Source of the DNA: an uncultured Clostridia bacterium
Lineage (GTDB): Bacteria > Bacillota > Clostridia > Oscillospirales > Ruminococcaceae
Assembly: GCA_947627045.1 (NCBI GenBank)
Contig: CANQUM010000004.1
Span: 33,335-97,334, forward strand
Direction of reading: 5' to 3'
Length of the DNA stretch: 64,000 nt
How positions within the stretch are numbered: position 1 is the first letter of the stretch; each line of letters starts with the position of its first letter. A program made the position numbers and the translations under genes. The notes under the pieces are model-generated. The model saw nothing but the letters and a program-made list of their open reading frames with translations, made no database searches and was not told where the DNA came from. Shown here piece after piece: positions 18,996-27,307 of the stretch.

Positions 18996-19858
18996 CACGT
19001 TGCCCAGATTGCGGTTGAACCGCAGGGCAAAATACCGCCAGTCGCCTCGACCGGCAAACCAATCTCATCAGCAGTTACTTCTCCGCCGAACTTTTCTACA
19101 AGTATATCGTTTAAGATGTATGCCATAACCGACGGCGAAAGACCAGTCGTGTAACTGTTTAACAAAAAGAACAAAGGGTTATCCGACAACACCTCAGAGC
19201 ATATCTTTACAAGGTCGTAAATTGAGTCCTCCAGCTTCCAGACCTCGCCGCCAGGACCTCTGCCGTAGCTTGGGGGATCCATTACAACTGCATCATAAAG
19301 GTTCCCCCGCCTGATTTCTCTGCGTACAAACTTTTCGCAGTCGTCTACAAGCCAGCGAATAGGCCTGTCTGAAAGATTAGAAGCCGCAGCGTTCTCTCTT
19401 GCCCATTGAACCATTCCCTTTGAAGCGTCAACGTGTGAAACTAAAGCTCCCGCCTCAGCACAGGCGAGCGTTGCCCCGCCTGTGTATGCAAAAAGATTTA
19501 GAACCTTTATCTGTCTGCCTGCATTCCTAATCTTATCGGACATAAAATCCCAGTTGACTGCCTGCTCAGGGAAAAGCCCTGTGTGCTTAAAACCTGTCGG
19601 ACGTATGTTAAAAGTAAGGTTACCGTAAGAAATATTCCACGAATCGGGGAGCTTTGCTCTGTATTCCCATTCACCGCCGCCCTTGCTTGAACGGTGATAA
19701 ACTGCGTCAGCCTTTTTCCATAAATCAGACCTTTTAGGGGACTTCCATATTATCTGAGGGTCGGGTCTAACAAGTATCTTACCGCCCCAGCTCTCCAGCT
19801 TTTCACCCGAAACGGCATCTAAAATTCTGTAATCCTTCCACTTATCAGCAATTCTCAT
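18995..19858 (-). CDS. Class I SAM-dependent methyltransferase (RlmI/RlmK-like rRNA methyltransferase core)
   Basis: 287 aa. VLNLFAYTGGATLA SAM-binding motif and VVMDPPSYGRG catalytic-type motif. Confidence 0.7.
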   Translation of the reverse strand: MRIADKWKDYRILDAVSGEKLESWGGKILVRPDPQIIWKSPKRSDLWKKADAVYHRSSKGGGEWEYRAKLPDSWNISYGNLTFNIRPTGFKHTGLFPEQAVNWDFMSDKIRNAGRQIKVLNLFAYTGGATLACAEAGALVSHVDASKGMVQWARENAAASNLSDRPIRWLVDDCEKFVRREIRRGNLYDAVVMDPPSYGRGPGGEVWKLEDSIYDLVKICSEVLSDNPLFFLLNSYTTGLSPSVMAYILNDILVEKFGGEVTADEIGLPVEATGGILPCGSTAIWAT

Positions 19859-19890
19859 TGATAAAATCCTTAATAATATAAATATGTAGG

Positions 19891-21246
19891 TTATTTAACT
19901 CCGAATTTTAATTCTAATGCCTGAGCTATCGTTTTTGCATAGTCAGTAATAAGCCCGAGATGTTTACCCTCAATCATTACACGAATTAAAGGCTCTGTGC
20001 CCGATTCACGAACAAGTATCCTTCCGTCATCTCCGAGTTTTTCCTTGAAATCCTCAATAAATCTGCTCACTTCAGGTTCCTGCGACCATACTCCCTTGTA
20101 TTTTGTATCAATGGTAACATTCTCAAGCACCTGCGGATATTCCTCCATAATGGACGCCAGCTCAGACGCTTTAGCTCCTGTATTGACCATAACTTCTAAA
20201 AACTTGACGCCTGTAAGCTCTCCGTCGCCTGTGTTAGCATTATCTAAAAATATAATATGTCCTGATTGCTCTCCGCCTAAGTTATATCCGCCCTTTTGCA
20301 TTTCATCTAAAACATATCTGTCGCCGACATTTGTTGTTGTAGCAATTATACCATCATCTTTTGCATATTTAAAAAATCCCAGATTTGTCATAACAGTTAC
20401 AACACAGGTATTGTGATTAAGAGTTCCCTGCGTCTTCATATATTTAGAAAATACAGCCAACAACTTATCTCCGTTTATGATATTACCCTTTTCATCGCAA
20501 GCTAAACACCTGTCTGCGTCGCCGTCAAAAGCAAGACCTATATGGCACTTATTATCCACTACATGCTGACAAAGTCTTTCCATATGAGTTGAACCGCAGT
20601 TTTCGTTTATATTTGTTCCGTCAGGAGTGTTGTTTATAAAGTAACAGCTTGCTCCTAAACCCTGAAAAAGTTTAACTGCACAAGATGATGCCGAACCGTT
20701 TGCACAGTCAATTGCGACCTTGATACCATTGAAATCGCAGTCAACATTCTTCATAATATATCTAACGTAATCCCACTCGGAATTTTTTTCTTCATATACT
20801 CTGCCTATTTTTGTTCCGTCCAAAATTTGCATTTTTTCAGGAGTGTCAAGAATAAGCGACTCAATTTCATCCTGAATTTTATCGTCAAGTTTAAAGCCTG
20901 TTCCTGCAAACAGCTTTATTCCGTTAAACTCAACAGAGTTATGCGACGCCGAAATCATAACTCCTGCATCAGCATTGTATTTATTTACAAGCATTGCAAC
21001 AGCAGGCGTAGGTATAACTCCAAGCTTATGAGCGTCAGCACCAACAGAACAAATACCTGCTATAAGTGCTGATTCCAAAACATCACTTGAAATTCTGGTA
21101 TCCTTCCCTATAAGTATTTTAGCCTTATGTCTTCTTTTCTGAGTAAGAACAATTGCGGCTGCTCTTCCTATCTGCATAGCCATTTCACAGGTAAGCTCCG
21201 TTACGGCTATACCTCTTGCACCATCTGTTCCAAATAATCTTCCCAT
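19891..21246 (-). CDS. glmM: Phosphoglucosamine mutase
   Basis: MGRLFGTDGARG N-terminus after an AAGGAGA RBS. Active-site ISASHNSVEFNGIK. DGDADR metal loop. Confidence 0.9.
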   Translation of the reverse strand: MGRLFGTDGARGIAVTELTCEMAMQIGRAAAIVLTQKRRHKAKILIGKDTRISSDVLESALIAGICSVGADAHKLGVIPTPAVAMLVNKYNADAGVMISASHNSVEFNGIKLFAGTGFKLDDKIQDEIESLILDTPEKMQILDGTKIGRVYEEKNSEWDYVRYIMKNVDCDFNGIKVAIDCANGSASSCAVKLFQGLGASCYFINNTPDGTNINENCGSTHMERLCQHVVDNKCHIGLAFDGDADRCLACDEKGNIINGDKLLAVFSKYMKTQGTLNHNTCVVTVMTNLGFFKYAKDDGIIATTTNVGDRYVLDEMQKGGYNLGGEQSGHIIFLDNANTGDGELTGVKFLEVMVNTGAKASELASIMEEYPQVLENVTIDTKYKGVWSQEPEVSRFIEDFKEKLGDDGRILVRESGTEPLIRVMIEGKHLGLITDYAKTIAQALELKFGVK

Positions 21247-21325
21247 ATCTCTTATCTCCTTCGTATTTTTATTAACTTTTTCCGAATCAATATTCAAAGT
21301 CTAAAAAAGACTGATTGACCTTAAT

Positions 21326-22027
21326 TTAAAACAAGCTTTTATACACCCTGTCATCAGAAAGCTGTACTACAATGTTCATTGCGCTTTCTTCAATAAACTC
21401 AAGCATTCTGTTGTATGTAATATATTTAGGCGTTTTATATTCACTAGTTATATTGTCAAAAAATTTATTGCATACATACCATTTGCTTCCCGAAAGTTCC
21501 TCGTGTATCAGCAAACCTTCAACTGCATACCCCCATTCCGTGTAAAGAGCCTCACGAACATTGCGTGAAAAAGGATACTCTCTTGCAAGACGATAATCAA
21601 TATCATCAGTATCAAATATAAAACCGTCAAAAAATTCTTTGCCCTGCTCTGTGTTTTCCTCGCCGTTCATAGATTTTATGTATTCCGGACGAATTGTTTT
21701 CATAAAAAGCTCGTCGCTTAATAAATGTACTACATATCCCTTTAAAAAATCGTTATATTTATTTCCGTCAAAAATTCTTTCATCTATAAAATTACTCACT
21801 CTGTTATGAAAAAGCTCCTGATTTTCATTAGTTAAGAACTCCGCATCTCTTATCCCCTCACGGAGATGAGTTCTTTTTTTATCTTCTCTGCTAAAACCGG
21901 TTCTTGCATAAATAGCGTCAGGACCTATACTTCCGCAGTAAAATAACGGTATATTATCAAACTTTTCATCTCCTAAAAGTTCAACGATTTTATCTGCAAT
22001 TGCAATATGCGTAATTGCACCCGACAT
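21326..22027 (-). CDS. Hypothetical protein, possibly of the zinc-dependent phospholipase C-like fold
   Basis: 233 aa. The pattern N-terminal AITH, GPD, THL and HLLSDE resembles the His/Asp ligand pattern of that family. From memory only. Confidence 0.35.
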   Translation of the reverse strand: MSGAITHIAIADKIVELLGDEKFDNIPLFYCGSIGPDAIYARTGFSREDKKRTHLREGIRDAEFLTNENQELFHNRVSNFIDERIFDGNKYNDFLKGYVVHLLSDELFMKTIRPEYIKSMNGEENTEQGKEFFDGFIFDTDDIDYRLAREYPFSRNVREALYTEWGYAVEGLLIHEELSGSKWYVCNKFFDNITSEYKTPKYITYNRMLEFIEESAMNIVVQLSDDRVYKSLF

Positions 22028-22058
22028 AAAAATTTCCCCCTAGTCAACTAATAATTAC

Positions 22059-22658
22059 CTACATAACTGCAAGCCCTCTCAGCGCCTGCTTAATCATATC
22101 TTCAACAGATGTATCGGGATCGATCGCTGAAACAACTCTTGAAGCATCAGTCTGAGAATATCCTAAAACAACTAGCGCAGATATTGCCTCCGACGCATTT
22201 CCCGTACCCACAGAAGTAAAATCAACATTACCGTTGCCGCTAATAAGTGCATTATCCTTAGAAATCTTATCCTTAAGCTCTAGAACTATTCTTTGTGCAA
22301 CCTTAGCACCTACGCCCTTTGCTTTGGTAAACATCTTAGAATCTCCTGATGCAACAGCAAGTGCAAACGACTGAGGATCGCACACTGACAATATTGACAG
22401 ACCTGCTTTCGGCCCCACTCCCGACACAGATGTCAGCATCTTGAATGCGTGCAGTTCTTCAAGGGTTGCAAAGCCGTAAAGTGAAACATCGTCCTCTCTG
22501 ACAACCATTGATGTGTATAGCGTTACTTCTCCCTGAATACCCTGAATCTGACTGATAGTTGAAAGCGTCGTATTACAAGCATATCCTACCCCAGAACATT
22601 CTATGACTGCAAGATCCTGTCCGCAGTGAACTAATTTTCCTCTTACGCTGTAAATCAT
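22059..22658 (-). CDS. ruvA: Holliday junction DNA helicase subunit RuvA
   Basis: 199 aa. MIYSVRGKL..., HhH region LTSVSGVGPKAGLSIL, KGVGAKVAQRIVLELK. Confidence 0.9.
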   Translation of the reverse strand: MIYSVRGKLVHCGQDLAVIECSGVGYACNTTLSTISQIQGIQGEVTLYTSMVVREDDVSLYGFATLEELHAFKMLTSVSGVGPKAGLSILSVCDPQSFALAVASGDSKMFTKAKGVGAKVAQRIVLELKDKISKDNALISGNGNVDFTSVGTGNASEAISALVVLGYSQTDASRVVSAIDPDTSVEDMIKQALRGLAVM

Positions 22659-23152
22659 AAATAATCTCCGTATATCAAATTAGAATTGGTCGAATGACCG
22701 TGTGTAATCGCCAATGCCAAAGCATCAGCAGTATCGTCCGGCTTTGGAACTTCCTTTAATTTTAAAATAGAACGTGTAAGCTCCTGAACCTGTTTTTTTT
22801 CAGCTCTTCCGTATCCTACCACCGCCTGTTTGACCTGCAGCGGTGTATATTCACGTACCTTTATTCCCCTCTCAATGGCAGACAATAGTATTACTCCCCT
22901 TGCCTGTGCAACATCTATAACTGTCTTCTGGTTAGTATTAAAAAACAGCTTTTCAATTCCCATTTCGTCAGGCTTATACCTGTCGAGCACTTCGCACATA
23001 TCGTCATAGATGGTTTTAATCCTCAATTCAAAAGAAGTATGCGCTAAAGTGGTTATTGCACCAAAATCCACAACTTGAAATTCGCTGCCGACATAATCAA
23101 GCACACCGAAACCTACTATTGCATATCCGGGATCTATACCGATTATCCTCAT
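22655..23152 (-). CDS. ruvC: Crossover junction endodeoxyribonuclease RuvC
   Basis: 165 aa. MRIIGIDPGYAIVGFGV and C-terminal DTADALALAI. Overlaps the ruvA start by 4 nt. Confidence 0.9.
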   Translation of the reverse strand: MRIIGIDPGYAIVGFGVLDYVGSEFQVVDFGAITTLAHTSFELRIKTIYDDMCEVLDRYKPDEMGIEKLFFNTNQKTVIDVAQARGVILLSAIERGIKVREYTPLQVKQAVVGYGRAEKKQVQELTRSILKLKEVPKPDDTADALALAITHGHSTNSNLIYGDYL

Positions 23153-23319
23153 TGCTTTATATGCACCCCGTTTTGCTTGTTAAACATCCTCAAAACTTAA
23201 TTCTAAAACAAGCAATACTTTCTCAGTATATTAATAATTAATTATATCATTATTATATTGAAAAAGCAAGTGCGTAGAATATATTATCCTTATAAATTTA
23301 AAAAATTTAAAAATAAGTA

Positions 23320-23348
23320 TTGACAACTAAATTTCATTAGTGTATAAT
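23320..23348 (+). promoter_or_regulatory. Consensus sigma-A promoter for tRNA-Leu
   Basis: TTGACA (23320-23325), 17 nt, TATAAT (23343-23348), 12 nt before the tRNA 5' end. Confidence 0.75.
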
Positions 23349-23360
23349 AGCTAAGTAATT

Positions 23361-23447
23361 GCAGCTGTGGCGGAATAGGCAGACGCGCTAGCTTGAGGGG
23401 CTAGTGGTGGTAACATCGTGTGAGTTCAAGTCTCATCGGCTGCACCA
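23361..23447 (+). tRNA. tRNA-Leu (anticodon GAG), class II with a long variable arm and encoded CCA
   Basis: Acceptor GCAGCTG/CGGCTGC. Anticodon stem CTAGC/GCTAG with loop TTGAGGG. T-arm GAGTTCAAGTCTC. Ends ACCA. Confidence 0.9.
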
Positions 23448-23469
23448 GCAACGATAACGTTGCATCCGA

Positions 23470-23499
23470 TCCGCGTACTGATATAGTACGCGGATTTTT
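23470..23499 (+). terminator. Terminator after tRNA-Leu
   Basis: TCCGCGTACT-GATAT-AGTACGCGGA followed by TTTTT. Confidence 0.8.
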
Positions 23500-23546
23500 A
23501 TATTTACGCTCGCGTTACCGGCGAGCCGCCGGAGCCTGTTCGCGTT

Positions 23547-23573
23547 TCACATTTGTGGAATGTGAGTTTTTTT
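23547..23573 (+). terminator. Second plus-strand terminator-like hairpin
   Basis: TCACAT-TTGTGGA-ATGTGA followed by GTTTTTTT. Confidence 0.5.
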
Positions 23574-23676
23574 ATATCTCGCGTTAGCAGTTACATTTGG
23601 TAAATACCTTCACATAATCACCTTTAGCAATAATGCTGAAGATGTTTTTTTATTACGGCAAATTAAACAAAGCAGT

Positions 23677-23709
23677 AAAAAACCACACACTAATTGGTGT
23701 GTGGTTTTA
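23677..23709. terminator. Bidirectional terminator hairpin
   Basis: AACCACACAC-TAATTG-GTGTGTGGTT, with an A-run upstream and T-rich sequence downstream. On the minus strand it is followed by TTTTTT. Confidence 0.65.
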
Positions 23710-23903
23710 TTTGCATTCTTTTATGTTGACCAGACGCTTATAAAATCGGCTTCATAAGCTCAGGCAACATAAATTTCCCCATAAACGAATAAAAGACAGG
23801 ATAAACCTGCCTTAAATTCGTGTGTTATGTGTTATGTAAAACTTAAGAGCTAATTCAAAAACTGTAACAAAGTCATTCATAACTACAATTATGAAATGAT
23901 TAC

Positions 23904-24035
23904 TTAGTCATCAGTATCTCCAAAATCCGAGCCTGTCTGAGTATTATTAGTATCTAAATTGATAGCAAATAAATCAAGCAGCTCTTGAGTTGCCTTATGC
24001 AAGGTTTTTGATAATTGATCTAAAAATTGTGCCAT
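23904..24035 (-). CDS. Candidate 43-aa acidic small protein, no recognised family
   Basis: Manual translation MAQFLDQLSKTLHKATQELLDLFAINLDTNNTQTGSDFGDTDD. AAGGAGG RBS 9 nt upstream of the ATG. Below the ORF-track size cut-off. Confidence 0.4.
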   Translation of the reverse strand: MAQFLDQLSKTLHKATQELLDLFAINLDTNNTQTGSDFGDTDD

Positions 24036-24894
24036 AACCAGTGACCTCCTTTAAACAGTAAACCAATACAGACAAAACTGATAAACCGGGAAATCCATCC
24101 AGTCAGGGAATCGGACTTTGAATCCTCTCCAAAAAAGTGTTAAACATATACCAAGTCCGACCCAAACTGAAAATGAACCGTTTAAAACCCTCTCCAAAGT
24201 TTATACCCGGAATTGTTACTGAAAGAAAAACCATCTTCCAATAAATATCTTAAAAATGCTTCAAAGCCAACCACTGCTTTGACTGCATTATTAAGCTGTA
24301 AAAATTCATCAAACATTTGCTAATAAATATCTGACTTACCGACCCATAAAAATTAAAAATGTTTTTTTGATTTCTAAAATCGTATCAACAAAATGTTGAA
24401 AACTGTCGAGAAATAAACAAAATTCTTTAATTTTTAATGGGCTTTTTTACGTTTTGTTGTACACTTTTTTCTTTATTTATTATAAGTATTCTCTTTAAAT
24501 AATCATCTCAAAAGCCCTATTCTACGGCGTTTGTGATATAAAACACTAGATGTTGTGTTCTCTTTTTCTTTAACTCAAGTATATAGTATTCTTTTTAAAA
24601 AGTCAAGCCTTATGTATGTAAAAAAATATATAACTTTTTTGTGTAAATTGCACAATTTTTGAGCTCTATAGTTATTCATTTTAACGAATTTAATTTACTT
24701 TTTATTCCAAAACTGCTTTTTACCTTTACATATAACGGATTTTAAAAATTTGTAAAGGTTTTTTGCTATACAATCTTAATATTGATTTTTAATAAAAGTA
24801 TAAATATTTATTTATTATTAAATTTTGATTTTTTTCAAAATTCTAATTATTATAAGAATATTTTTTTGTTAAAATTTAAAACAAGAAAAATCAG

Positions 24895-24929
24895 TAAAAA
24901 ATCACCCCTGATTGCAATAATCAGGGGTG
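24895..24929 (-). terminator. Terminator after the small membrane-protein gene
   Basis: Minus-strand hairpin CACCCCTGATT-ATTGC-AATCAGGGGTG followed by ATTTTTT. Confidence 0.7.
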
Positions 24930-24985
24930 TCGAAATGTGTGTTTTTTAATAAAAAATTCTTTACTTCATAATTAAATATTAACGA

Positions 24986-25144
24986 TTAAATTATATCATT
25001 CACAGACGTCTGAAGCATATAAATTATAAAGGAAACAACAAGTACCAATATTATAAATATAAATATATTTCTATATCTGAATCTGTTTTTTTTCTTCGTC
25101 GCTTTTTTCTTTGTATTTGTTGTTACTTGAATCTTTCTGTTCAT
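24986..25144 (-). CDS. Small basic single-TM membrane protein, function unknown
   Basis: 52 aa from the ATG after a GAGG RBS. Lys/Arg-rich N-terminus, then IFIFIILVLVVSFIIYML. Confidence 0.45.
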   Translation of the reverse strand: MNRKIQVTTNTKKKATKKKNRFRYRNIFIFIILVLVVSFIIYMLQTSVNDII

Positions 25145-25279
25145 ATTATACCTCAACCAAATTTTTATTTGCATTAAAGCGCAGCTTTTACTTAATTATT
25201 ATATATTCTTTTGAACTATTTTTCAATAGTTAACTTTATAAAATATTTTATCTGTTTATGTCTTAACTTATATTTTCTC

Positions 25280-25308
25280 TTGATAAGAATTTATAAATAT
25301 GATATAAT
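25280..25308 (+). promoter_or_regulatory. Sigma-A-type promoter upstream of asnB
   Basis: TTGATA, 17 nt, TATAAT. Confidence 0.5.
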
Positions 25309-25411
25309 CACAATATAAATATTATTTTCTTTAAATTATATGGAAACTGTATTTCTTTTGTTCAGGTATATACCCATTAGTTGTTATATATAAATGAAAT
25401 GAGGCTTTTTT

Positions 25412-27244
25412 ATGTGTGGATTTGTAGGTTTTACTAATAAAATTAATGACGCATCTTCTGTTATTCAAAATATGATGGATAGAATTAAACATCGCGGACC
25501 GGACTCTGAGGGCAAATATGTTGATGATTATGTGGCAATGGGATTTCGCAGACTTTCAATTATCGACTTATCAAAAGAAGGCGATCAGCCGCTTTTTAAT
25601 AAAGATAAATCTATTGTTCTTACCTTTAACGGAGAAATTTATAATTATCAGGAACTGAGAAAGGAACTTATACATAAGGGATATGAATTCTCATCAAAAA
25701 CTGATTCTGAAGTTCTGATTCACGGTTACGAGGAATGGGGAACGGATTTACTTAACAAACTTCGCGGAATGTTCGGATTTATCATATGGGATAAAAATAA
25801 AAAGCAAATTTTCGGTGCAAGAGACTTCTTTGGCATTAAGCCTATGTATTACGGAATGTTCGGCGATACATTTATGTGGGGTTCTGAAATCAAGAGTTTT
25901 TTAGAACATCCTTCATTTGTGAAAGAACTTAATACATCGGCTCTTGAAAACTATCTAACCTTTCAATACTCCCCTACTTCCGAAACTTTCTTTAAAAACG
26001 TATATAAGCTCCCTGCCGCACATTATTTCATTTATAAAGACGGCAAGCTTGACGTTAAGAGATACTGGGATATTGACTTTGTCCCTGATAACAAACCTGA
26101 ATTCGATGAATGGGTCGATAAAATCTCAGATACTTTCAAAGATTCTGTCAACGCACACAAAATTGCAGATGTTGAGGTAGGAAGTTTCCTTTCAAGCGGA
26201 GTTGATTCAAGCTATGTTGCCGCAGTTGCTAATGTTGATAAGACATTCACAGTAGGCTTCGGTGAAGATGAAAAATACAACGAGATCGGATATGCAAAAG
26301 AGTTTTCTAAGTACATAGGTAAAGCCAATACATCAAAAGTAATTAAACCTGAAGAATACTGGAATAATCTTGAGAAAATTCAATACCATATGGATGAACC
26401 TTTAGCTGACCCTGCCGCAATTGCACTTTTCTTCGTTTGTCAGATAGCATCTGAGAAGGTAAAGGTAGTTCTCAGCGGCGAGGGTGCTGATGAGATTTTC
26501 GGCGGATATAACATTTACAAAGAGCCTCACGATATGGATTTCTATAACAAGATACCAAAGTCTATAAGAAAGGCTATTGGCTCTTTAGCTTCAAAGCTGC
26601 CTGCTAAACGAGGAGTAAACTTCCTTATACGCCGTTCAAAAGACCTTCAGGAAAGATTTATAGGAAATGCTTATATATTCAGCGAGCAGGAAAGGAAGTC
26701 TATTTTAAAAATCAAAACAAACGCACCAGACGCTGTTGAGATTACAAAACCGTTTTACGAGAAATACAAAAACAAAGACGACGTTACTCAAATGCAGTAT
26801 CTTGACCTTAATCTTTGGATGACAGGTGATATTCTTCTAAAAGCTGATAAAATGTCTATGGCTCACTCTCTTGAACTCAGAGTGCCGTTTCTTGATAAAA
26901 AGGTGATGAAACTTGCAGAAAAAATACCTACAAAATACAGAGTTACAAAAGAGAACACAAAGTACGCTATGAGAATTGCAGCTCTCAGAGCTTGTCCTCC
27001 TCAGACGGCAAACAAAAAGAAACTCGGTTTTCCTGTTCCTATTCGTGTTTGGCTCAAAGAAGACAAATACTACGATATTGTAAAGAAAGCATTTACAGGA
27101 AAAATTGCAGATAAGTATTTCGACACTGATCTGCTAGTAAATCTTCTTGACGACCACCGTGCAGGAAAGTATGACTATTCAAGAAAGATCTGGACAGTGT
27201 TCACATTTATTATTTGGTATAATGTTTATTTTGCAGAACAGTAA
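25412..27244 (+). CDS. asnB: Asparagine synthase (glutamine-hydrolysing)
   Basis: 610 aa. MCGFVGF Ntn-amidotransferase start. SSGVDSS PP-loop. Confidence 0.9.
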   Translation: MCGFVGFTNKINDASSVIQNMMDRIKHRGPDSEGKYVDDYVAMGFRRLSIIDLSKEGDQPLFNKDKSIVLTFNGEIYNYQELRKELIHKGYEFSSKTDSEVLIHGYEEWGTDLLNKLRGMFGFIIWDKNKKQIFGARDFFGIKPMYYGMFGDTFMWGSEIKSFLEHPSFVKELNTSALENYLTFQYSPTSETFFKNVYKLPAAHYFIYKDGKLDVKRYWDIDFVPDNKPEFDEWVDKISDTFKDSVNAHKIADVEVGSFLSSGVDSSYVAAVANVDKTFTVGFGEDEKYNEIGYAKEFSKYIGKANTSKVIKPEEYWNNLEKIQYHMDEPLADPAAIALFFVCQIASEKVKVVLSGEGADEIFGGYNIYKEPHDMDFYNKIPKSIRKAIGSLASKLPAKRGVNFLIRRSKDLQERFIGNAYIFSEQERKSILKIKTNAPDAVEITKPFYEKYKNKDDVTQMQYLDLNLWMTGDILLKADKMSMAHSLELRVPFLDKKVMKLAEKIPTKYRVTKENTKYAMRIAALRACPPQTANKKKLGFPVPIRVWLKEDKYYDIVKKAFTGKIADKYFDTDLLVNLLDDHRAGKYDYSRKIWTVFTFIIWYNVYFAEQ

Positions 27245-27255
27245 TTCTATGACAA

Positions 27256-27279
27256 AAGCCGGAAGGAAAACCTTCCGGC
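27256..27279. terminator. Bidirectional terminator between asnB and the convergent methyltransferase gene
   Basis: AGCCGGAAGG-AAAA-CCTTCCGGCT flanked by A- and T-rich runs. Confidence 0.7.
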
Positions 27280-27307
27280 TTTAATTTATATTTCAATAAA
27301 ACTTGAT

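Noticed and set aside
23904-24035. The 43-aa peptide as a lanthipeptide or RiPP precursor (the AINLD segment loosely recalls the class I FNLD leader box), or as an AgrD-like signal.
   Set aside because: The putative core has no Cys. No LanB/LanC/LanM, radical-SAM, AgrB, protease or ABC exporter genes lie nearby.
24088-24200. Two GGAGAG boxes suggested a tandem glycine riboswitch.
   Set aside because: The conserved ACCGAAGGGGCAA-type core of glycine aptamers is absent from both halves. The downstream gene is an unknown sORF, not a glycine-cleavage gene or transporter.
24437-24502. A 21-codon hydrophobic plus-strand ORF (MGFFTFCCTLFSLFIISILFK) as a type I toxin. A truncated duplicate lies ~95 bp downstream.
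   Set aside because: There is no Shine-Dalgarno sequence, no identifiable promoter or antisense RNA, and the composition is what T-rich DNA yields by chance. Kept only as part of the ORF-poor-gap observation.
24780-24895. The ~90% AT stretch as a replication origin or DNA-unwinding element.
   Set aside because: There are no DnaA-box (TTATCCACA-like) clusters in or around it. dnaA and dnaN are not nearby.
23361-25411. An integrated prophage or genomic island at tRNA-Leu.
   Set aside because: There is no integrase or recombinase and no phage genes. I could find no direct repeat of the tRNA 3' end (attR) anywhere in the gap.
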